Positions 40,656 to 50,255 of a stretch of DNA of 64,000 nucleotides are shown here, one piece after another. A program made the translations under genes and the position numbers. The notes below the pieces were generated by a model. That model had not been told where the DNA came from. It did no database searches and saw nothing but the letters and a program-made list of their open reading frames with translations. The stretch lies in IMG/VR virus record IMGVR_UViG_3300032226_000551, positions 50,348 through 114,347 of that record. One strand, 5' to 3'. Source of the DNA: a virus. Taxonomy: Duplodnaviria; Caudoviricetes. The first letter of the stretch is position 1, and every line of letters begins with the position of its first letter.

Positions 40656-42866
40656 TTAGGAAACTAGTTCTTCGAAATTTACTCCCGTTCTAGTTGCAAT
40701 GAAATCTGCTAATATAAATTCAGCAGTTCTAACTGGTTGAATGTATATAGAAACTCTCATTTCATTGTTGTCAATTGTTGATGGAGGATTGTTTCTTTCA
40801 TCACATACAATTGTATAATCATATAAACCATCATTTAATCTAGCTTCATCAAAAAGAGGAGTCAATGATCCAATAACTCTGCTTCTGGTTGTAAAAGAAT
40901 TAGGTTCGAATACAAACATTTTTAAAAGTTCTTGTGTTGTTTTTTCCAATGTTAAGAAAAGTCTACGAACATTAATTCTATCGAATGCGGATGGTTTACG
41001 ATATAATGTTTTTTGTCCAAAGATAACATTTCCATCGTTTTGGAAGAATGCTATTGGATTAATATTGATTTTATACATTAAATCTCTTTGTTTTTGAGTT
41101 GGATTTATTGCAATATCAATAACATTAGTCAATTTACCTCTAGTAAAACCAGCAGGAGCAGACCAAGGATATGATGTTTGAGCGGATTCGGCAAAAATAG
41201 CTGCAACATAACCAGATGCTGGAATCCAACACAATGAATCTGATGCAGAATCACCAGTTTTTATCCAGTTACCATATGTTGCAACATAACTCGATTCAAT
41301 ACCACCATAAAGGTTTTTTAATGCCCAATAAATTTGCTGTGAGAAATTGAATTTTTTATTTTTTGATAATTTAGTATTTGATCCTTGAACAAATATGTTT
41401 CTTAATGGATCGGAAATAAACACATGGTCTTTTTTAGTCTTATCTGCAAATGTATAAAATTGATTTATAACTCTTAAATACTCGTCTCTTGCTTTACAAC
41501 TTGGATTTTGTCCAGTTGTATCATATAAACCAGTATTATCTCCTGTACCAGCTGTTAAATCTAAATTGTATAAATCATCGAAAATAGTTGGTTCAGATGA
41601 AAAAATAGGATCTTGTTTTCTAGTTCTAGCACTAGACCATATAGTGCCTAGTCCAGCTTCTACAACTACATCTAATTTTATGTTATCATCATTTTCCAAA
41701 CATCTTAAAACTCTTTCAAGTTTATTAGGAATTTCTCCAACATCTTTAGAATTCTTATCTGTATCAGAGATATATACACCAATACCATATAAATTTCTAG
41801 CACCATTTGATACTCTTACTTTTTTAGATGGTATACCGCTACCATCAATCCAACTACCAGTAGTTGAAATATAAGGGTTGGTTATAATTCTTATATTGTT
41901 AGATGTTGTATTTACAACATTATCTAAAAACGATGTTTTAGGTGTTCCACCATTTGGATTATTCAATTGTCTTAAAGAATATAAAGAACCACTATGAGCT
42001 TCACTTACAATATAATCCAATGTAACGGTATCTTGTTTATAGATAGATGGTCTTATTTTGAAAAGCATTGTGGTTAAATAATCATTAAAAACATTAGATG
42101 AAAAATCATAACCACTTGGATAATTTTCTAGTATTTCTGATATGCTACCATTAGAATTAGAAACACCAGACAATGCAAAATTTAATCTATTCGTTGGAAC
42201 AGTTACAAAATTTTGTGTAGTTCCATTCCCAGAAGCAAATGCTTTCATTCCTGTTATTGCATCAAAATTTGTATATGGATTATTATTATTGTTATCTGCA
42301 ATACCAATATAATAACCATCATAAATATTGTTTATTGTTGTTTTTGCTTCATTTAATACGACAATACCACCATATCCAATTTTATTAAAATCTGTAATTG
42401 TTCCGGTATTATAACTACTTAACCATGCAACATCATTTGTTACTAACTTTTCATATTGATCATCATCTAATAAAATAGAAACCGGATTTAAAATTTGATA
42501 TTCCGTAGCCAATGAATAATCGGAGTTATTATTTGCACATATAGGAAATACTAATGCACTATATTTATTAGAAAATCCATCTCCATAATTTTCTCCATAT
42601 GGAAGTCTTGTTATTAAAAGATTAGCAGGGGATGTTGTTAAAATTTGTTTAGCGGAATGATATAAATATCTTTCAGCTGCATTAGTAGGTAGACCGAAAA
42701 TAGATTCAAATTCAGATACACTAGTAATATTAACAACTTCGTCAGTTGGTCCTTGTGATGTAAAACCAGTAATGAAAATATTTGTTTCTCCTGTTGGTCT
42801 TGCTATTGCACTTAAATCAACTTCGTTAATTTGTACGCCGGGTGATGATATTGTTCTTGCTGCCAT
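40656..42866 (-). CDS. Contractile tail sheath protein (T4 gp18-like)
   Basis: SPGVQINEVDLS, PWSAPAGFTRG, GQKTL, FDRINVRRLF, FEPN, QPVRTAEFI; ATG 42866 preferred. Confidence 0.95.
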   Translation of the reverse strand: MAARTISSPGVQINEVDLSAIARPTGETNIFITGFTSQGPTDEVVNITSVSEFESIFGLPTNAAERYLYHSAKQILTTSPANLLITRLPYGENYGDGFSNKYSALVFPICANNNSDYSLATEYQILNPVSILLDDDQYEKLVTNDVAWLSSYNTGTITDFNKIGYGGIVVLNEAKTTINNIYDGYYIGIADNNNNNPYTNFDAITGMKAFASGNGTTQNFVTVPTNRLNFALSGVSNSNGSISEILENYPSGYDFSSNVFNDYLTTMLFKIRPSIYKQDTVTLDYIVSEAHSGSLYSLRQLNNPNGGTPKTSFLDNVVNTTSNNIRIITNPYISTTGSWIDGSGIPSKKVRVSNGARNLYGIGVYISDTDKNSKDVGEIPNKLERVLRCLENDDNIKLDVVVEAGLGTIWSSARTRKQDPIFSSEPTIFDDLYNLDLTAGTGDNTGLYDTTGQNPSCKARDEYLRVINQFYTFADKTKKDHVFISDPLRNIFVQGSNTKLSKNKKFNFSQQIYWALKNLYGGIESSYVATYGNWIKTGDSASDSLCWIPASGYVAAIFAESAQTSYPWSAPAGFTRGKLTNVIDIAINPTQKQRDLMYKININPIAFFQNDGNVIFGQKTLYRKPSAFDRINVRRLFLTLEKTTQELLKMFVFEPNSFTTRSRVIGSLTPLFDEARLNDGLYDYTIVCDERNNPPSTIDNNEMRVSIYIQPVRTAEFILADFIATRTGVNFEELVS

Positions 42867-42946
42867 AATTGTATATCTATATTTATCTTTATTTTTTACC
42901 ACTTTCCCAATAAATGTTTTATTCGTATTGTAGAGTAAGTAATAAT

Positions 42947-43228
42947 ATGAATAAATTCGATTTATGTGTATCAAAAATTTTAGAAGAAGCTGCAAAATGC
43001 ACTGGACCTACTAAGAAAGCATCATCTGATCGTAAAGGTAAGAAATGGACTAAATGTGCTAAACAATCTGATGGTTCTTATAAACGAATCCACTGGGGTC
43101 AAGCTGGTGTTAGAGTAACAGGAAAATCCGGAAACACAAAACGTAAAAAATCGTTTAAAGCGAGGCATAATTGTAGTCATGCTAAAAAAGGATCTCCCCA
43201 AGCAGCCGCTTGCTCAGATTGGCGATAG
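42947..43228 (+). CDS. Small basic hypothetical protein
   Basis: KRKKSFKARHNC...AACSDW; TAAGTA 5 nt upstream. Confidence 0.7.
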   Translation: MNKFDLCVSKILEEAAKCTGPTKKASSDRKGKKWTKCAKQSDGSYKRIHWGQAGVRVTGKSGNTKRKKSFKARHNCSHAKKGSPQAAACSDWR

Positions 43229-43237
43229 CATTTGACG

Positions 43238-44044
43238 TTAAATAGGATTTATTTGTTTTGATATAAAAAATCCTTTATGTTTACATTGATTTCCTTTTTT
43301 ATTAAATTTATTAAAAGTGTTTCTTAAATTTTTATAATCTATATCATTTTCTTTACAAAAAATAATTAATTTTCTAACTGCCACCAAACTTCCATCCGGT
43401 TTACAAACAGTGTAATATTTTGATCTAGAATTTGTTTTTTTTCTATTTTTTTCTCGTAATTCGTTTAAATGTTCCTTTATTCTTTTTTGTTTTCCACTAT
43501 AATTCATTTTTAAATTATATTTTTTAATCCATTCCCTTAAAGTATTAGTAGTTAAGTTTAAGTTATCTGCTATATGTTTTAACATTACACCTTGATTTAG
43601 TTGATCTTCTAAAATTTTTATTTTATTTTCATTTCTTTTATATGTAGTTTTTATCATAGTTTTTGCTTGTCTATCTTTCATATCTTTATAAAAATCTTCT
43701 CCGTATATTTTTTTTATTTCTTCTACATTTAATGGCTGAGTTCCACCATCCAATAAATTACATAATGTTCCCTTTCCTTCTATTCTTTTACCATACGAAT
43801 TTATTAATTCTAATTCCTTTTTTAATGCTTCTTGTTCTGTTAAATCATTTATTATTATTTTTTCAGTAAAATCGAAACCATTATTAAAAATAGATTTTAT
43901 TTTACAATATAAAAAGTAATTTGTAACCTTTCCCATTTTATAATTTTTTCTATGATTTTTATATCTTTTATCTGTTCCTTTACCTATATAAAAAATTACA
44001 CCATTTTCATCAAAAAGACCATACACATAATATTTTTTGTTCAT
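43238..44044 (-). CDS. Free-standing GIY-YIG-like homing endonuclease
   Basis: YYVYGL...FYIGKG...R, EQEALKKELELI, LCNLLDGG, downstream HTH-like segment; own late motif. Confidence 0.8.
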   Translation of the reverse strand: MNKKYYVYGLFDENGVIFYIGKGTDKRYKNHRKNYKMGKVTNYFLYCKIKSIFNNGFDFTEKIIINDLTEQEALKKELELINSYGKRIEGKGTLCNLLDGGTQPLNVEEIKKIYGEDFYKDMKDRQAKTMIKTTYKRNENKIKILEDQLNQGVMLKHIADNLNLTTNTLREWIKKYNLKMNYSGKQKRIKEHLNELREKNRKKTNSRSKYYTVCKPDGSLVAVRKLIIFCKENDIDYKNLRNTFNKFNKKGNQCKHKGFFISKQINPI

Positions 44045-44128
44045 GAAAATACTTACCAATCTTTACAGGCAATATTTTATTTTTTTTTAAAAAAATGGAA
44101 ATATAACATATAAACGATAAATAATATC

Positions 44129-44509
44129 ATGAATATGTTCGATTCAATTTTGGAAAAATATTTAAATGAAAATAATATTTTACAACAAATAGATGATTTA
44201 AAAAAAAGAGTATCACAAGCTCCACCTTTACAACAAAATGTGATTGGTGCTGCTGCTGAAGCAATGTCAGATGCTTCATCTAAAAAAGATCCAAAATTAT
44301 TAGAACTAGCAAATAGCATTCAGGATAAAATTTTAAATAATAAACAAATCACACCAGAAGAATTAGAAGTTTTAAGTAAAATTTTTCCAAAGGACGAAGA
44401 ACAAACAGAAGATGAAAACGAAGAAGAAAGTTCATCAGTAATTAAATCTACCCCAAACATAAAAACATCACCATCATCTATTACAAATTCGACTAGTTAT
44501 AAAGTATAA
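44129..44509 (+). CDS. Hypothetical protein
   Basis: 126 aa; TAAATA 5 nt upstream. Confidence 0.65.
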   Translation: MNMFDSILEKYLNENNILQQIDDLKKRVSQAPPLQQNVIGAAAEAMSDASSKKDPKLLELANSIQDKILNNKQITPEELEVLSKIFPKDEEQTEDENEEESSSVIKSTPNIKTSPSSITNSTSYKV

Positions 44510-44514
44510 ATTTT

Positions 44515-45330
44515 ATGAGTAAAAAACGCCCCGTTAAAGGGATAGGAACAGCTGAAACGACTGCTGTTCAAAACGAAGATAATTCACCTTATGTTTTTCA
44601 AAAAGAAAAAATAAATTATGAATTACAAATTAAAGATTTGCCTTGGACAGACAAGCAAAAAGAAATAATAGCTACTTTTCTAGATAAAAAAACCAAAGTT
44701 TTACTATTAAAAGGACCAGCAGGAACATCCAAAACAACATTGGCAATGTATTGTGGGTTGACTCTTTTAAACAAAAAAAGAATTTCTGATCTTGTATTGG
44801 TTCGTTCGGCGGTAGAATCTTCGGATTCTAAACTTGGGTTTTTACCCGGTGACATCATGGACAAGTTTAATGTTTATCTAACACCATTTCACGATAAATT
44901 TTCAGAATTATTGAATAAATCTCAAGTCGATAGATTACAAAAAGACAATAGGATTACTATTTGTCCTATCAATTTCGCAAGAGGTTTACATTTTTCTGCA
45001 AAATTTGTGTGTGCAGATGAGATTCAAAATTTTTCAAAAAGAGAGATTCACACAATTATGAGCCGTATCGGTGAATTTTCTAAAGTTTTCCTATGTGGTG
45101 ATCCAGAACAAAGCGATTTACCTGCTGGTAAATCTGGATTTAATAAAGTATATGACCTTTTTAACAATGAAGAGGGAAGAGAACATGGTATTTTTTGCAT
45201 GGAATTGACCGAAGAAGATATTGTTCGTTCCGAATTGTGTAAATATATCACACAAAAATTTAAAGAATTACAGACAATCGATCAACAAAAGCAAGATAAA
45301 GATTGTTGGAAACCCTCTGAAGGAAAGTAA
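44515..45330 (+). CDS. phoH: PhoH-like ATPase
   Basis: GPAGTSKT, LGFLPG, ARG, DEIQN, SRIG, GDPEQSD, DIVRS. Confidence 0.92.
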   Translation: MSKKRPVKGIGTAETTAVQNEDNSPYVFQKEKINYELQIKDLPWTDKQKEIIATFLDKKTKVLLLKGPAGTSKTTLAMYCGLTLLNKKRISDLVLVRSAVESSDSKLGFLPGDIMDKFNVYLTPFHDKFSELLNKSQVDRLQKDNRITICPINFARGLHFSAKFVCADEIQNFSKREIHTIMSRIGEFSKVFLCGDPEQSDLPAGKSGFNKVYDLFNNEEGREHGIFCMELTEEDIVRSELCKYITQKFKELQTIDQQKQDKDCWKPSEGK

Positions 45331-45338
45331 ATATAACT

Positions 45339-45494
45339 ATGAATAACAATAAACCAGAACATAAAACACTATCCAATATTCCAATCGGATGTACATTTTG
45401 CGGTGCAACGGTGCATGGTAAATTGGTAGCAAATCAAATTAGATGGGTGTGTCCTAGATGTTCAAATTTGGTTAAAGTCGGAAAACCAGAATAA
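45339..45494 (+). CDS. 51 aa zinc-ribbon protein (absent from the ORF track)
   Basis: MNNNKPEHKTLSNIPIGCTFCGATVHGKLVANQIRWVCPRCSNLVKVGKPE; TAAATA 5 nt upstream; TAATG coupling to the next gene. Confidence 0.75.
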   Translation: MNNNKPEHKTLSNIPIGCTFCGATVHGKLVANQIRWVCPRCSNLVKVGKPE

Positions 45495-46021
45495 TGATCG
45501 ATTTGAAGAAAATATTAAACGAAGACGTTGGTAGTATCTGGTCGCCCAGACAGTATCAGGCTAGTAGTATGGCTCCCAGAAAGGATCAGGGACCATTATT
45601 TTCTCAAAAGGACGGAAAGAATTATCCGTATCAGAATAATTTCCCCGGTACGGCACAAACAACCACCGCTGAACCACAAAAACCAGAAACCTTTCCGTGG
45701 CCAATGGAAAACATAAACAGTGATCTCGCGGATGGTTTAATTTTTATATTAGAAGCAGCTAAAAAAATAAGTCAATGTCAAACTAATAATAAAACATTAT
45801 CAACAAAACAAAAAGAAGAATTGCTTAAAGTTTTTAAATATCTAATAAAAATTTCAAAGTCTATAGAAAAAGTTGGAATGCATTTACCAAAAATTGTGAA
45901 TATGTCATTGGAAACACAACCACAAATTCCGATGGAACCTGCACAATCCCCTTATATTCCATCTATTATGCCTGTTAATTCACAACAAAATAATACTAAC
46001 ACGCAACCTCAAAAATTATAA
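45494..46021 (+). CDS. Hypothetical protein
   Basis: 175 aa, P/Q-rich. Confidence 0.6.
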   Translation: MIDLKKILNEDVGSIWSPRQYQASSMAPRKDQGPLFSQKDGKNYPYQNNFPGTAQTTTAEPQKPETFPWPMENINSDLADGLIFILEAAKKISQCQTNNKTLSTKQKEELLKVFKYLIKISKSIEKVGMHLPKIVNMSLETQPQIPMEPAQSPYIPSIMPVNSQQNNTNTQPQKL

Positions 46022-46024
46022 TTG

Positions 46025-46053
46025 TTGACAGTTTTTAAAAATTGTTATATGAT
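46025..46053 (+). promoter_or_regulatory. sigma70-type promoter
   Basis: TTGACA-17 nt-TATGAT, 6 nt before ATG 46060. Confidence 0.7.
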
Positions 46054-46059
46054 TTAATC

Positions 46060-46485
46060 ATGTTTAAAAATAATTTATATTTTAAAAATGTATTAAAATC
46101 CACACTTACCGTAATTGGTATATCAATACTTGGTGCATACGGTGGTTATCTATTTGGATATAGTTTTTATGGTATTTTTTATATACTTTTATGTATACAA
46201 TATGTTATATTCTTTGCTGTATCAAAGATTATAAACTCTTTTTTTGTTGAAAAAACAAAACAAAAAGAATTAGAAAAGCTAGAAAATCTTTCTACAATTT
46301 TAGAGTGTGCATATTGTAATAAATCAAATATTATGACATTCTTACCAGAAGATAATTCTAGGGTAGAATTTAAATGTAATCATTGTGAAAAGAAAAACAT
46401 GGTGACAATTCAATTTTTAGTTGCTAGAATTACAGAATCAGTAAACATTCCTAAAGTTACTGGAGTACAATTAGAAGATATTTAA
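46060..46485 (+). CDS. Membrane protein with C-terminal zinc ribbon
   Basis: Two hydrophobic segments, then CAYC...CNHC. Confidence 0.65.
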   Translation: MFKNNLYFKNVLKSTLTVIGISILGAYGGYLFGYSFYGIFYILLCIQYVIFFAVSKIINSFFVEKTKQKELEKLENLSTILECAYCNKSNIMTFLPEDNSRVEFKCNHCEKKNMVTIQFLVARITESVNIPKVTGVQLEDI

Positions 46486-46486
46486 A

Positions 46487-46792
46487 ATGAAAAATAAATC
46501 ATTAAATTGGTGGGAAAAAGTCCATAAAGAAGCATCAGAATTAGCTAGATGGATAGCTTTATACGAAGCTGTTAACACGATAGCAGATAAGGCAGAAGAA
46601 AAAAAAATACCATTTGACAAGGTGGAATTGAAACCTATAGCAATTCACAAATATATGGATTCTACCGAAAACAATATTTTGAAAAATGTATTAAAACAAA
46701 TCTATAAAATAGATGTTTGTTATAATGAAGATGCTCCAAAGGAATATTTAGAAATTTTACCAGAACCTAAAAAGGAATATACTATATATTAG
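46487..46792 (+). CDS. Hypothetical protein
   Basis: 101 aa ORF. Confidence 0.6.
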   Translation: MKNKSLNWWEKVHKEASELARWIALYEAVNTIADKAEEKKIPFDKVELKPIAIHKYMDSTENNILKNVLKQIYKIDVCYNEDAPKEYLEILPEPKKEYTIY

Positions 46793-47418
46793 TAATCTCC
46801 ATATACAGAAGTATCGCTACAAGGATTTTCTATCAAGTAATCAAAATTATTCTTTGATGCTTGCTCTATTATATCATTATCATTATTTGGTATATTTCCA
46901 TCACCAGAACCTGCACTTCCGGTTTCGTGACTATAATCATTTCTTTTCGCTTTAAAGAACCAAACATAGTGTCCTGCTATTGCATTTAATTGAAATTCAT
47001 CAATTACTTCTGTTATTTCATAAACAGTTGGACCTCTTTTTGGAAAATTTAAACGATCAGAACCAAACTCAGACATTTTTATTAAGTCTCCTGCCTTTGG
47101 TTCTGATGAAACACCAAAATTGTATGTGAAATGTTCTGGATGAATAACACCATTCATATCACTATCTGCCACAATACCAAATTTTGAAAGAAGATATGAA
47201 TCATTATTAAGATTCAAAAGAACAACCATTGGTTTTGGTGTTTGAAATGTAGTATCAGGTTGTTCTCCGTATATAGGATTCATTTCCGATATTTGTGCAT
47301 TATTATAATAATATTCAATTTCTTGACCATTTATTTCAATTTGCTCTTTCCACCAACGAGAAAAATTATATCTCTCGTTCGCATTTATTCCTTTGTTTAA
47401 ATATCTTAATTTTTCCAT
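46789..47418 (-). CDS. Neck/head-closure protein (T4 gp14-like)
   Basis: EQIEINGQEIEYY, PIYGE, SKFGI, PKAGDLI, YEITEV. Confidence 0.65.
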   Translation of the reverse strand: MEKLRYLNKGINANERYNFSRWWKEQIEINGQEIEYYYNNAQISEMNPIYGEQPDTTFQTPKPMVVLLNLNNDSYLLSKFGIVADSDMNGVIHPEHFTYNFGVSSEPKAGDLIKMSEFGSDRLNFPKRGPTVYEITEVIDEFQLNAIAGHYVWFFKAKRNDYSHETGSAGSGDGNIPNNDNDIIEQASKNNFDYLIENPCSDTSVYGDY

Positions 47419-47419
47419 A

Positions 47420-47821
47420 TTATATAGATTTTTTCATTTGAATGGAATAACCTTTTTGTGGATCATATACCAAAAATCTACCAATTCCGGTTTTTTCGTT
47501 TTTTTGTTTTAATGCTATTTGAAAAGGTTTTGTTTTATCTCTTTTATCTAAATTTATATTTCCCTGCTCATATCCATAATCCTTTAATATCTTTTGTAAT
47601 TCTTGATTTGTTTTTATTGGTTTATTACCACTATTATAATTGGCACGAACAATACTTGAATTTTTGTAATCATTGTGTGGAGAATGACACTTAGCAACTA
47701 CATTAGCACTATTAAAACCAACACCACGCTTGGTAATACCACTAACAGTTCTATGTCTAGGATTTGATGCTAATTTAATATTTGCTATATTACTATTTTC
47801 AAAAAAAGTTTTAAAGTTCAT
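47420..47821 (-). CDS. Hypothetical basic protein
   Basis: 133 aa; TAAGTA 6 nt upstream; leader MNFKTFFE. Confidence 0.6.
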   Translation of the reverse strand: MNFKTFFENSNIANIKLASNPRHRTVSGITKRGVGFNSANVVAKCHSPHNDYKNSSIVRANYNSGNKPIKTNQELQKILKDYGYEQGNINLDKRDKTKPFQIALKQKNEKTGIGRFLVYDPQKGYSIQMKKSI

Positions 47822-47837
47822 TTTATATACTTATAAT

Positions 47838-47872
47838 AAAAAAGCCCTGCTTTGATTAGCAGGGCTTTTTTT
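47838..47872. terminator. Intrinsic terminator with A/T tails on both sides
   Basis: aaaaaagccctgct-ttgatt-agcagggcttttttt, just after the minus-strand gene ending at 47892. Confidence 0.85.
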
Positions 47873-47891
47873 AGTTAATTTATTTTTAATA

Positions 47892-48731
47892 TTACTGATC
47901 GAATAGTCCTTTTCCGACTTTAACTCCACCAACATTATTGTTTTTTCCGGTCAATTTTGAAATTGCACCTTCGGTTGAGTGTTTTTCGATTTTTCCATCT
48001 GCACCTTTGATAGTTGGTGATTGAGCAGATTTCTTGGAAACTGGAACAGCACCTTTTACTTCTTTGGATTTTTTGTTGGTTAGATGTCCCTTATCCAAAT
48101 CTTTTACTAAAGCATGTCCTAATTCTTCTGCATCAACAGATTCTTTGAAAGGATCTTCGTCTTCATCGGAGGATTCTAAATCTTCGACTTCTGATTCAGA
48201 ATCGGAATCATCAAACATTTCGTCTTCTGTTTGTTCTTCTTCTTCTCCTTCTTCGCCTTCACCTAAAACTGATGTTAAAATATCAACTAGTTTTTGTGCG
48301 GTTTCTCTGTCAATTGTGAGTGTAACTTCATCAGACTCTTCAGACTCATCGGATTCTTCACCCATTTCGAAATCTGATTCACCTTCAACACCTTCATCAG
48401 ATGGTTCAAGTGTATTGTCTTCTTCTGTGGAGAAACCAAATTCTCCTTCTTCATTTAAAACTCTATTATAGAGAGCATCAAATGGATTTAATGATTCATT
48501 TTTAGTTTTTTTCATAGGCTTTGGTTCTCCTGTAGCACCCTTTGATGTCAATTCTGCTGGAGCTTCTTCTGGAGTTTCTAAATCTACATTATCGGTAGTA
48601 CAATCAGAATCCGGTAATGATGTTTCATCTCCAAAGATTTTACCAACCTGAGATTTTGTTGATCCTACTATACCAGAAGATTTATCTGATTCTTCTAACA
48701 TTGTTAAGTATGCTTTTGTTATTGGGTCCAT
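47892..48731 (-). CDS. Highly acidic protein, possible prohead core/scaffold-type
   Basis: E/D-rich central region with several (L/F)xE-S/E motifs. Confidence 0.55.
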   Translation of the reverse strand: MDPITKAYLTMLEESDKSSGIVGSTKSQVGKIFGDETSLPDSDCTTDNVDLETPEEAPAELTSKGATGEPKPMKKTKNESLNPFDALYNRVLNEEGEFGFSTEEDNTLEPSDEGVEGESDFEMGEESDESEESDEVTLTIDRETAQKLVDILTSVLGEGEEGEEEEQTEDEMFDDSDSESEVEDLESSDEDEDPFKESVDAEELGHALVKDLDKGHLTNKKSKEVKGAVPVSKKSAQSPTIKGADGKIEKHSTEGAISKLTGKNNNVGGVKVGKGLFDQ

Positions 48732-48779
48732 AATGTTTGTATCAATATTTACACTAGTTATATTACAAATCTATAAAAA

Positions 48780-49442
48780 TTATTTCTTTTTTGATTTAAC
48801 TTTATCAGAAGTAATTTTTTTACCAGATTTTTTTGCTGACTTTTTAATTCCTTTGACTATTTCTTCTTTATGTTTTTTACCAAACTTTTTACCAGTTTTC
48901 TTTTCGATAGATTTTTCAATAGCCCAAGGATTTACTTTCTTTTTAGCTTCATTGATTGGTTGAATGCCGTGAACAAAACTTTCAACATATCCTCCCTTTT
49001 TAGCATATGTCATATCAGATGTTGTATTACTTGTATTTATAGAATTTAAATAATTATGATATTCCTCATCACTAATGACTTTTCTGTGTTGCAATGATCT
49101 AGCTAATCTAGCTGGAACAGAGCCAGATTCTTTTTCGAGTTGAGCAATTACTTTTAGAATATCTTCTCCGTTTTCTCTTGCTTTATTAATACGTTCTTTA
49201 GATGTATCTCCTAAATTTCTCAATATAGGAATAGGACCATCTTCTTTATTTTCATTTGAAGATTCTATAGAATTTTCATCTGGAACAACATCTCCCGCAA
49301 GATTTACCTTTCCACCTAATGTTATTTTATGATCCTTATGTTTTTTAACAACATCTCCGTTTAAATTCACATAATAATCATTTTCTTTTAGATAGATTTT
49401 TTGATACGCTTCTTCCAATAATAATTGATCTTTTTTTGTCAT
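48780..49442 (-). CDS. Hypothetical protein, possible head-internal protein
   Basis: LLEEAYQKIYLKE leader, INEAKKKVNPWAI, Lys-rich tail. Confidence 0.55.
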   Translation of the reverse strand: MTKKDQLLLEEAYQKIYLKENDYYVNLNGDVVKKHKDHKITLGGKVNLAGDVVPDENSIESSNENKEDGPIPILRNLGDTSKERINKARENGEDILKVIAQLEKESGSVPARLARSLQHRKVISDEEYHNYLNSINTSNTTSDMTYAKKGGYVESFVHGIQPINEAKKKVNPWAIEKSIEKKTGKKFGKKHKEEIVKGIKKSAKKSGKKITSDKVKSKKK

Positions 49443-49450
49443 CTTAATAT

Positions 49451-50254
49451 TTACTTATATTTATCTAATATAATATTAGATTCTTTTTTTAAATCCAAAC
49501 ATTCTATCAATTCATAATTTTCTTCTCCATTTACCCAAACAATATATGATTTAGGAACTTTGAATGATGTTACTTTTTCAATTATGGTAGAATATAAAGA
49601 TAATTGTAGACTATATTTTGCATATTCACATTGTTGTAAATGTTTTAATTCATTTAAAAGAGTTTCTTTTCTTGAGTTTTTTCTTTTTATTTCTTTATTT
49701 GTTTTATAATCAAAAATAACCAATTCTTTAGTTTTAAAATTATAAGAAAGGTTATCGATACTACCACATATACCCGATTTTTTATCACCAATAACAAATT
49801 CACATTTGATTAGAATATGTTCTTGTTTCCACCAGTTATAAAAACTTATAAAATTTTTAATTAATTTTGCAACTTCTGTATAATATTTTTCTACAGAATT
49901 ATCAGATTTAAATTCCTTTCTTTTATTGAAGAATAAATTTATAGAGTCTCTATCCAGACTGGTTTGTTTCCTATTAAAATAGTTTTCAACATATTTGTGA
50001 AATTCTGATCCTTTATGACAGGAATAATCTTTCGCAAATTCCCATTGTTCTAATATTTCTTCAACAGTAAAACCATCTCTTTGAGCAACGAAAGATGCTG
50101 CTTTTTGAGAATCGAAAGGTTTCTCGTAATTTTTAATCAATTGAGAAACTGACATTTTAGCAGGTTCTCCTGCTATCGTATACTTGTGATTTTTTTCTAT
50201 AAATAAAATATCACAAAAACTATTTTCTAAACTAACAAGAGTGTCGAAATTCAT
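49451..50254 (-). CDS. PD-(D/E)XK exonuclease (Cas4/RecB-like)
   Basis: KGSEFHKYVE, CEF, GSID, IFDYKT, YSLQLSLY. Confidence 0.85.
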   Translation of the reverse strand: MNFDTLVSLENSFCDILFIEKNHKYTIAGEPAKMSVSQLIKNYEKPFDSQKAASFVAQRDGFTVEEILEQWEFAKDYSCHKGSEFHKYVENYFNRKQTSLDRDSINLFFNKRKEFKSDNSVEKYYTEVAKLIKNFISFYNWWKQEHILIKCEFVIGDKKSGICGSIDNLSYNFKTKELVIFDYKTNKEIKRKNSRKETLLNELKHLQQCEYAKYSLQLSLYSTIIEKVTSFKVPKSYIVWVNGEENYELIECLDLKKESNIILDKYK

Positions 50255-50255
50255 A

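Noticed and set aside
42867-42995. 43-aa N-terminal extension of the sheath protein in the ORF track (likewise the upstream TTG/GTG starts of uvsX and ORFs 17256, 20654 and 55891)
   Set aside because: Downstream start codons fit the conserved N-termini, gene overlaps and promoter positions better.
49451-50254. Cas4 as part of a CRISPR-Cas system
   Set aside because: No cas1/cas2 or array is present, and stand-alone PD-(D/E)XK exonucleases are common in phages.
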